A DNA stretch of 64,000 bases from Candidatus Omnitrophota bacterium (GTDB taxonomy: Bacteria > Omnitrophota > Gorgyraeia > Zapsychrales > Zapsychraceae): contig JBFWOS010000002.1 of NCBI GenBank assembly GCA_050250375.1, forward strand, positions 374,345 through 438,344. Reading direction: 5' to 3'. Of the stretch, positions 57,294 to 64,000 are shown piece after piece. The position numbers and the translations under genes are program-made. Position 1 is the first letter of the stretch. Each line of letters starts with the position of its first letter. Below the pieces are notes generated by a model that was not told where the DNA came from, made no database searches, and saw only the letters and a program-made list of their open reading frames with translations.

Positions 57294-57677
57294 TTAATCC
57301 GTCTCGGCCACGGCTTCGATTTCAACCAGGCAGTCCAGCGGCAGGCGAGCGACCTGAACGGTGGAACGGGCCGGGGCCGTACCGGACTTAAAGTGTTTTG
57401 CGTAGACCTCATTCATCGCCTTGAAATCATTCATGTCCAGAAGAAATACGGTTGTCTTGACGACATGATCGATAGAGGTTCCGGCCGCGGCCAGCACCGC
57501 CTTCATGTTGGTAATGACTTGTTCGGTTTGTTCGGTAATACCGCCGTCTATTTTTTTACCTTCTTTAGTCAGCGGGATTTGACCGGCCAGGAATACAAGT
57601 TTACCGGAACGGACGGCCTGGCTGTACGGTCCGACCGGCTGCGGTGCGTGTTTGGAAAGAATGATCTTTTTTGTCAT
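57294..57677 (-). CDS. ridA: RidA/YjgF-family reactive intermediate deaminase
   Basis: 127 aa; PQPVGPYSQA...GQIP signature. Confidence 0.85.
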   Translation of the reverse strand: MTKKIILSKHAPQPVGPYSQAVRSGKLVFLAGQIPLTKEGKKIDGGITEQTEQVITNMKAVLAAAGTSIDHVVKTTVFLLDMNDFKAMNEVYAKHFKSGTAPARSTVQVARLPLDCLVEIEAVAETD

Positions 57678-58132
57678 TATACTGTCCTTCTCTGGTTTAA
57701 ATCGGTTAAATTTTTAAGCCGGAATCCGAACGGCCAATAACGGCAGGTAATGTTCAGGTTCTCGGTGATTTTGATTTCTGTTTCGGGGCTTACCGTGACG
57801 AGGCCGTGCCAGATCCCTTTAAAGACGACGACGGGACGGTCGAGGGTAAAACATTCCATGCGGTTTAGGTCTTTGGTCAGGGACACAAAAATCAGGGCCG
57901 TTCCGCTGACCGGTTCAAAGGTCTCATCACTCGCCGGATGGCATTCCAAACGGCCGATGGAACGGTCCCTCAGGACGAGATAAGCGGCGCGCCAGCCGTT
58001 CCGGTTCGGCGCGCGGTGCACGATGCGCCACAAGTTGCGGACGGGGCCCTTTTTATTTTTGTCCGGGTATTCAATCACACGGCCGTAAGGACGGAATGTT
58101 TTGGTTGTTATGGGTAATGGCCGCGGTTTCAT
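57677..58132 (-). CDS. ureidoglycolate lyase-like cupin protein
   Basis: About 150 aa; weak AllA-family resemblance. Confidence 0.45.
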   Translation of the reverse strand: MKPRPLPITTKTFRPYGRVIEYPDKNKKGPVRNLWRIVHRAPNRNGWRAAYLVLRDRSIGRLECHPASDETFEPVSGTALIFVSLTKDLNRMECFTLDRPVVVFKGIWHGLVTVSPETEIKITENLNITCRYWPFGFRLKNLTDLNQRRTV

Positions 58133-58135
58133 GGA

Positions 58136-58789
58136 TTAAAGAATATCAATAAACCCTTTGCCTTTGTTTTGTTCCTTGACGGTTTTCGGTTTTCCGTAAA
58201 CGGTGATGGTCCCGGGACCGTAATTGGTGACATCAATTGATTCGCCGGCAAAGACGTCGATCCGGGCCGATCCGGTCGAGGTGACTTGCGCGGATTTCGC
58301 GGTCAATCCGGAAAAAATCGTGCTGCCCTCTCCTTCGACGTTGAGCGTCAGATGCCCGACCGTGCCTTTGGCCAGGATCGGCCCGACCGTTTTATTGTTG
58401 ACGGTCAGGGTCTTTTGATCAACGATGGAAATATACAGGTTGGCGGTGCTGGCATGCGTGATTTCCCGGATCTCGGGCGTAACCAGTTTGATCTTGATCG
58501 GGTTTTTGGTCTGCAGGCCCCTGAGCTGGTCCAGGCGTAAAATATTGTTTTCCACGCGGGCTACAATCAACGGGTTGATATTATCATCCGCCGTGATGGT
58601 CATTTTCGGCTTTCCCCCCTGCTGAAGGGTAACTTCATAGACGCGGTCGATTAGAATTTTATCAAACGGCTCAAGGTCCCGTTCAAGACTTGCCACCCGG
58701 TTGGAGCCGCGCACCACCCCGGAATCACACCCGTTTCCGGTCAGAATCAGACTGACCCCCAGCATAATTATAAATTTGATATTCAGCAT
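58136..58789 (-). CDS. DUF2807 (GIN domain)-like beta-rich lipoprotein (paralog of 62207..62884)
   Basis: Lipoprotein signal; TITADDNI and repeated beta-strand motifs shared with the paralog. Confidence 0.45.
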   Translation of the reverse strand: MLNIKFIIMLGVSLILTGNGCDSGVVRGSNRVASLERDLEPFDKILIDRVYEVTLQQGGKPKMTITADDNINPLIVARVENNILRLDQLRGLQTKNPIKIKLVTPEIREITHASTANLYISIVDQKTLTVNNKTVGPILAKGTVGHLTLNVEGEGSTIFSGLTAKSAQVTSTGSARIDVFAGESIDVTNYGPGTITVYGKPKTVKEQNKGKGFIDIL

Positions 58790-58875
58790 TAAGCCTATTG
58801 TATCACAGGAAAAAAATGACTTTCAAAGATTCAGAGAAAAATTGCCGGACGTGTCCGGAGGAAGACCAACGGCCG

Positions 58876-59577
58876 TTACGGAGCGGGGTTTTTGACCATC
58901 GGGACAAACCGGACCGGGATGATATTTTTTTGCACGATGCCTTGCCCGGTCTTTGTGATCAGGATTAAGTCCTGTTCTTCTCTTCCGACCGGGACGACCA
59001 TGCGTCCGTCGATTTTTAATTGTTCGATCAGGGCCTGCGGGATTTCTTCAGGGGCGGCCGTTACGATGATCGCGTCGTATGGGGCATATTCTTTCCATCC
59101 GGCGTATCCGTCACCGTGTTTGACAGTTATGTTTTTATAGCCCAGCTGATTCAACAACACACGGGCCGAGTCAGCCAGCGGTTTGATGATCTCCACGGAA
59201 AACACCTCCGCCGTGATTTCTCCCAGAATAGCGGCCTGGTAACCCGACCCGGTCCCGATTTCCAGGACACGGTGGTCCTTTTTTAATTCCAGGACTTCGG
59301 TCATCAGGGCGACAATGTAAGGCTGGGAGATGGTCTGATTTTCCGCGATGGGCAGTGCCCGGTCGGTATAGGCCTGCGAGTGCAGATGTCCGGGCACAAA
59401 TAAATGCCGTTCGACCTTCAGCATCGCGTCTGTCACCCGCTGGTCCCGGATTCCCCGGCGGATGATCTGGTTTTCGACCATGGCCCGGCGGTGGGCCGCG
59501 AAAGGTTCATCATCCCTCGAACAATTCATCAATATCATGGGGAGTATCATCATCAGGATCGGGACAAGCCGTTTCAT
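58876..59577 (-). CDS. pcm: protein-L-isoaspartate O-methyltransferase
   Basis: TISQPYIVALMTE...VLEIGTGSGYQAA signature; N-terminal signal peptide. Confidence 0.86.
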   Translation of the reverse strand: MKRLVPILMMILPMILMNCSRDDEPFAAHRRAMVENQIIRRGIRDQRVTDAMLKVERHLFVPGHLHSQAYTDRALPIAENQTISQPYIVALMTEVLELKKDHRVLEIGTGSGYQAAILGEITAEVFSVEIIKPLADSARVLLNQLGYKNITVKHGDGYAGWKEYAPYDAIIVTAAPEEIPQALIEQLKIDGRMVVPVGREEQDLILITKTGQGIVQKNIIPVRFVPMVKNPAP

Positions 59578-59951
59578 TTTTGCAGGGCTTTGACGGCCTC
59601 TTCTTCCGACTGGAAGACCAGGATCTTGTCCTGGAGTTTATAGATTTCCAGCAATTTGAGAAATTCTTCAGGCACGTTGATAAAAGCAAGTTTATGGTAA
59701 TGTTTGCTGTTTTGTTCAAGGCGCTCCAGGATGTTGGCGATGGTGGATGAATCCACATCGTTCACGTTCTGGTAGTCAACTACGATGCTGAGATTGTCCC
59801 GTTCGTTGACCTGGTGCAGGCGCATCATTTCGTCGATCATCTTGCGTGATTCATGCATCGTGTGCTGGTTGATGTCCCCGTTAAGGCGGACAATGATCAG
59901 GTTGCCTTCTTCCCGGGCGATAAAACTGGGGTGCTGGTATTCGTCACTCAT
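59574..59951 (-). CDS. STAS-domain protein (anti-sigma-factor antagonist-like)
   Basis: 125 aa; STAS fold pattern. Confidence 0.55.
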   Translation of the reverse strand: MSDEYQHPSFIAREEGNLIIVRLNGDINQHTMHESRKMIDEMMRLHQVNERDNLSIVVDYQNVNDVDSSTIANILERLEQNSKHYHKLAFINVPEEFLKLLEIYKLQDKILVFQSEEEAVKALQK

Positions 59952-59954
59952 TGA

Positions 59955-60377
59955 TTATCCGTCCCATGAAGCGGTATCGTAACCGGGGTCCTGGGCCGGG
60001 GCCATTTGCGCTTCCGGCTGGTAATCGCCGCCTGAGTTTCCAGATCCTTCCGAATTCCGTTTCGGCAGAAAATGGATGTTGTTCGCCACGATGCGGACCT
60101 TGGTCTGGGTCTTGCCGTCTTTTTCCCAGCGGTCCTGTTTAAGCCGCCCTTCGACAACGATGCCGCTGCCTTTGGACAGATATTTGGCGCAGTTTTCCGC
60201 CATGGTTCCCCAGATCTCAATATCAAAATAGGAAACTTCCTGGACTTTTTGTCCGTCCTTTGAATAGACCCGGTTGTTGGCGATGGATAGGTTACAGACC
60301 GGTCGTCCGGCCGATGTAAAACGCATCTCCGGATCGCGGGTCAGGTTGCCCAGCATGTTTACACTGTTTAAGCTCAT
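59955..60377 (-). CDS. ssb: single-stranded DNA-binding protein
   Basis: OB-fold SSB signature (VNMLGNLTRDPEMRFT...VVEGRL) with an acidic C-terminal tail (DTASWDG-like). AAGGA RBS is present; the ORF-track start is upstream. Confidence 0.85.
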   Translation of the reverse strand: MSLNSVNMLGNLTRDPEMRFTSAGRPVCNLSIANNRVYSKDGQKVQEVSYFDIEIWGTMAENCAKYLSKGSGIVVEGRLKQDRWEKDGKTQTKVRIVANNIHFLPKRNSEGSGNSGGDYQPEAQMAPAQDPGYDTASWDG

Positions 60378-60405
60378 TTTATTTGATCCTTTCGGTTGAT
60401 GATGA

Positions 60406-60894
60406 TTAATGTCCGTGTCCGCAGCCGCCCTCTCCGTGCAGGTGTCCATGGGCCAGTTCATCCGGTGTGGCATCCCTGACTTCAACCACTTCAATGTCAA
60501 AACGCAGGGACTGCCCGGCAAACGGGTGATTGAAGTCCACCCTGACAGATTCTGCAAGAATTTCGAGGACGGTCACGATCTGCTCACCCTGCGGGCTGTG
60601 CACCTGCAGGTTTGTCCCGGGTTTTAATTCCTGCGGATTTTCAAATTCACTGATCGGGACTTCCTTGACCAGGTCGGCCTGGTGCGGTCCGAAGGCGTCT
60701 TCCGGGGCCAGGCTGACATTAAACTTGTCCCCCTGTTTGTGCCCGGCCAGCGCTTTTTCAAGTCCCGGCATCAGATTATTCTGACCGTGTATGTAACCCA
60801 AAGGCGGTTGCCCTTCGGAAGAATCGATCGTCTCGCCTTTTTCATTTTTGAGTTCGAAATGAAATAAGGCGACTTTTTCGTTCTCAATGTTCAT
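60406..60894 (-). CDS. slyD: FKBP-type peptidyl-prolyl isomerase SlyD with His-rich C-terminus
   Basis: FKBP core, IF insert, and C-terminal HGHLHGEGGCGHGH metal-binding tail. Confidence 0.85.
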   Translation of the reverse strand: MNIENEKVALFHFELKNEKGETIDSSEGQPPLGYIHGQNNLMPGLEKALAGHKQGDKFNVSLAPEDAFGPHQADLVKEVPISEFENPQELKPGTNLQVHSPQGEQIVTVLEILAESVRVDFNHPFAGQSLRFDIEVVEVRDATPDELAHGHLHGEGGCGHGH

Positions 60895-60974
60895 GCGTTT
60901 TCCTTTCTCGGACGCTGGCCGATGGTTGTGATTTCAACGGACGCTCAATAAAAGCGCGTATTTTAATACTTGAA

Positions 60975-61877
60975 TCAAGTGATCCGGCCATCCCGAAAAG
61001 CCACGACAAATTTCTCAGCCGGCGCGGCCTTCATTTTCGGGTAAACAATGTGTTCGCCGTTTTTCAGGGTTGCGTTCATTGTAATAGAAAGAACACCTTC
61101 CAGTCTATATTCGGCGATATCCTCAATCAGTATGACTTTTGCGGGCTGCATAAGAATATAAATGGCTTTTGATGTCATGAAAAAAGTTTTTTCGGTCAAA
61201 GAAACCAGATATTCAGCTTCCTGGATGTTTCTCATTAAATGGGATGTCTCAAAATCTTTTTTATATTTTTCATGCCCGGCGATAAATTTTTCAAATGAAT
61301 TTTGTTCGGCTTCTTTCTTGAACAGATCCGACAATGGATCCATGGTCCCTCTTTTCCATTGAATATAAGTGATTGCCATGAATTTTTGAAAGGGAGTGTT
61401 TTGTTTGGCGATCAAAGCCTGGTCAGAGATATCCATTGCTTCGGGATTAGTTTGCTGTTTTTCCAAGGTCACTCGTTCGGCAATGGCCTTTTGTTCGTCC
61501 TGCAATTCCTGTTCGAGTTTTTCTTTCCCTCTGATCAGGCGACCCAGCATGATCCCGGCCCAGCCGCAACCGAACATCACAATATATCCGAGAAATCCGC
61601 CGGCAATGAACAAAGATTGACCGCCCCCGCCGTATTTCGCGATGGTACGAAGGAGTAAAAAATAAACAAGGACTAATCCCATAATAAATCGCCCGATCGA
61701 AAAATTCCCCCGGTTATCGTGGGCGATAAAGAAAACCAGACAAGATATGATGGACGGAAGGATGGCGTCCTCAAAATCCACCTGATTCAAACGGCTCCAG
61801 ATAAGCGGGACAAAGAATAATCCTCCCAAAATAAAAATGCCTAGGCCGAATGGAATATAGTCTGATTTTCTAAACAT
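60975..61877 (-). CDS. membrane protein, function unknown
   Basis: N-terminal four TM helices and a soluble C-terminal domain. Confidence 0.4.
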   Translation of the reverse strand: MFRKSDYIPFGLGIFILGGLFFVPLIWSRLNQVDFEDAILPSIISCLVFFIAHDNRGNFSIGRFIMGLVLVYFLLLRTIAKYGGGGQSLFIAGGFLGYIVMFGCGWAGIMLGRLIRGKEKLEQELQDEQKAIAERVTLEKQQTNPEAMDISDQALIAKQNTPFQKFMAITYIQWKRGTMDPLSDLFKKEAEQNSFEKFIAGHEKYKKDFETSHLMRNIQEAEYLVSLTEKTFFMTSKAIYILMQPAKVILIEDIAEYRLEGVLSITMNATLKNGEHIVYPKMKAAPAEKFVVAFRDGRIT

Positions 61878-61886
61878 GCGATCCTT

Positions 61887-62204
61887 TTATTCCTGGTTTT
61901 GCTGCCACGCGCTGAAGCCGCCTTTCAGACTGACAGGATTGGCAAATCCGTGTTCCTTCAGAGCGGCGCATACACCCAAACTGCTGTTGCCGAAATAACA
62001 GTAACACAGGACTGTTTTGGATTTATCGGTCGTTTCCAGAAACTCTTCAAATGTGTCGGGCGTCAGATGCCGGGCGCCTTCAATATTTCCGCTTTCATAA
62101 TCCAGCCCGGAACGGATATCAATGATGATGACATCTTCCTGCCGGATCATTTGTCTGGCTTGCGCCGCGTCTACCTCTTTGATTTCTTCATCATTGGGAT
62201 TCAT
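61887..62204 (-). CDS. rhodanese-like single-domain sulfurtransferase
   Basis: Active-site CYCYFGNSS loop. Confidence 0.8.
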   Translation of the reverse strand: MNPNDEEIKEVDAAQARQMIRQEDVIIIDIRSGLDYESGNIEGARHLTPDTFEEFLETTDKSKTVLCYCYFGNSSLGVCAALKEHGFANPVSLKGGFSAWQQNQE

Positions 62205-62206
62205 CG

Positions 62207-62884
62207 TTATTTCCTTTTGATTTGCCCGGAGCCCGAGTTATCAATCGTCTGGACCTCCGGGTTACCGTAATAAATGATTTCCCCTTTTCCCCGGTTGACC
62301 GCGTTCAGTTCTTCTGTAGCGGTGACGACCACCTGACCCGGTCCGGACATCAGGACTTCACATTTCCTGGACGGCAGATCCTGCAGCAGAACGGTTCCCT
62401 TACCGGTGGAATCAATCCAGAGTTTGTCAACCTCTCCCAGTCCGGTGACCTTGCCCGAACCGGACATGGAAATATCGAGAAATTTCAATTTGAGATTGTC
62501 GAGTAAGACAGTTCCTGTTCCCTGATGGTTTATTCTCTCAATATCCGGGGATTCGATCAATATTTTAATTTCGTTCGTTGTTGTGAAGCCCTTGGAAAAT
62601 TCGAGCCGCAGGATGCCGTCAATGATCTTCGGGATAAATAAAGAAGCGATGTTGTCATCGGCCGTGACCGTAACGCGCGGGCTGATTCCCGCGGCGAGGG
62701 TGACATCAAAAGAGCGGTCGATCTGCACGCCGTCGAATTCATGGGAATCAAAGATCTGAGTGGATGTCAGACCGGAGCCGGTAATTTCACCGTCTCTGTA
62801 TTTTGACTTTCCGGCTTTCGGAAGGTTGTCGCAACCCTGTATCAGAATACATCCAAGAAAAAGAATTATAAGGGTTTTAAGCAT
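62207..62884 (-). CDS. DUF2807 (GIN domain)-like beta-rich lipoprotein
   Basis: Lipobox LIQGC; TVTADDNI motif shared with 58136..58789. Internal ATG start chosen (MLKTLIILFLGC). Confidence 0.45.
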   Translation of the reverse strand: MLKTLIILFLGCILIQGCDNLPKAGKSKYRDGEITGSGLTSTQIFDSHEFDGVQIDRSFDVTLAAGISPRVTVTADDNIASLFIPKIIDGILRLEFSKGFTTTNEIKILIESPDIERINHQGTGTVLLDNLKLKFLDISMSGSGKVTGLGEVDKLWIDSTGKGTVLLQDLPSRKCEVLMSGPGQVVVTATEELNAVNRGKGEIIYYGNPEVQTIDNSGSGQIKRK

Positions 62885-63005
62885 GATTCCGTTTTTAAAA
62901 ATGTTAAAATACCGCCAACGTTTGTAAATAATATAAATGATATTGAACGCACCGTCAATATGGTTTATGGCCAATTTGAGAGTTTGGGCGTGGTTTTCGG
63001 GCCGG

Positions 63006-63539
63006 TTAATCCCGTTCCAAGACTCCTCCTGTGCTGATGCTGATCACGGAGAATCCATCGGTTTTTTTTTCAACGGGTGTCGCGGTGAATGTATATCCAA
63101 AAATAGATGTTTCACAGGAGAACGTAAAACCGGCCATGGTTTGACCGCAGTAGTTGATTTTCAGGTATGGGACGATTGCGTCGGTCAATAGGTCCATGGC
63201 CACTGGGTAACTGCCGTAATTATCTTTGGCGTAACGTTCGGCCCCGGTCGACATATCGGTCAACGTCTTTTTAATCCGTTCTTCAACTTTTTCTATATCG
63301 ATGGTTTTGGTCCTTTCGGTCCCCTGATAGTTGCTGCGAATCGAGTTGCTTCCCGCGACTGATTCCAGAAAGCGGATCCGGGTTTTTAGATCGCTGATTT
63401 CCCGTTTTAAGGTCATATTTTCTTCTGTTAGCCGCTGAATGGTCTGTTCAGCCGACTGAGCTTGTCCTGTTTGTGGAGTCATCATGAGAACAGCCGTTAG
63501 AAAAAATGTGAATAAGAATGAAGGATTACGCATATTCAC
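63006..63539 (-). CDS. secreted coiled-coil protein with pseudopilin/GspG-like C-terminal domain
   Basis: Signal peptide, heptad region, then AERYAKDNYGSYP...FTFSC...FTATPV; paralog of 53046..53555. Confidence 0.45.
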   Translation of the reverse strand: MNMRNPSFLFTFFLTAVLMMTPQTGQAQSAEQTIQRLTEENMTLKREISDLKTRIRFLESVAGSNSIRSNYQGTERTKTIDIEKVEERIKKTLTDMSTGAERYAKDNYGSYPVAMDLLTDAIVPYLKINYCGQTMAGFTFSCETSIFGYTFTATPVEKKTDGFSVISISTGGVLERD

Positions 63540-63994
63540 TCACTTTTTTTTTGTCCGAGAGGCAGGTTTAGTTTAAAACGTTTAAATCCTAACAAATATA
63601 AAATTTGGGACACGCAGACGGTCGCGGCCAGCCCCAGGCAATAAATAACCCAAAAAGGTTCAGGCGGAATCCGGGTCAACGTATTCCCGGCTATTTTTTT
63701 TTGTTCGGGGGTTCCTTGAAAACGGTACTGGTTGGCTGAGAACGGGTTTGTGAATATCGGGATAAGAAGCCTAGGATGCCGCAACAGGTCTGTCCACCGC
63801 GGACGGCAACCGATTTTTTCGGCCAGTTCGTCCATGTACCGGGTGTACTCAACCAGGCCGGTGACCCGGTCTGACACCTTGAAAAAATTTGTTTTGTGCC
63901 ACTTTGCGTCCGCTTCAATTTCCCTGGCCATTATTTCAGGCGGAGGCAAACGGGTCCGTCCGCTTAACAGGCTGGCAAACCAGCGGGCCTGCAT
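63536..63994 (-). CDS. hypothetical protein with C-terminal TM helix (may extend beyond window)
   Basis: ORF reaches to within 6 nt of the window end. Confidence 0.35.
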   Translation of the reverse strand: MQARWFASLLSGRTRLPPPEIMAREIEADAKWHKTNFFKVSDRVTGLVEYTRYMDELAEKIGCRPRWTDLLRHPRLLIPIFTNPFSANQYRFQGTPEQKKIAGNTLTRIPPEPFWVIYCLGLAATVCVSQILYLLGFKRFKLNLPLGQKKSE

Positions 63995-64000
63995 CTCCGC

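Overview
The window is 64 kb of bacterial chromosome; the taxon cannot be read from the sequence. GC is moderate and the region is very gene dense, with many secreted and lipoprotein genes.

- Bases 1 to 23.5 kb: a plus-strand exopolysaccharide / PEP-CTERM-exosortase locus. It carries two GT4 and three GT2 glycosyltransferases, a Wzy/O-antigen-ligase-like polymerase fused to a beta-helix domain, a NodB-type polysaccharide deacetylase, an AsnB-like amidotransferase, an XrtA-like exosortase with EpsI, a priming sugar transferase preceded by a textbook sigma-54 promoter, two PEP-CTERM substrate proteins, a GAF histidine kinase with a sigma-54-dependent response regulator (PrsK/PrsR-like), GalE and a UDP-sugar epimerase.
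- Bases 24 to 47 kb: mostly minus-strand housekeeping and accessory genes. These include a molybdenum-hydroxylase gene set (FAD, 2Fe-2S and Mo subunits, with XdhC and MocA) and two large polytopic membrane proteins, one of them with an embedded spermidine-synthase-like domain.
- Bases 47.1 to 50.6 kb: the most unusual stretch. An array of AT-rich small-ORF cassettes on the minus strand is punctuated by two families of conserved intergenic repeats (a 49-nt element and a hairpin element). The array begins immediately after an orphan RHS C-terminal toxin tip that sits in frame, one stop codon after a complete pirin gene.
- Bases 50.6 to 64 kb: minus-strand housekeeping genes (pirin, SSB, SlyD, Pcm, RidA, rhodanese and others) plus duplicated secreted pilin-like and DUF2807-like proteins.

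No rRNA, tRNA or CRISPR was recognised. Coordinates follow the supplied ORF track. Where I re-chose start codons I offset from the ORF-track coordinates. Positions of motifs and repeats read off the printed sequence lines may be off by one base in places; I noticed such an offset near 6262 and 62880.
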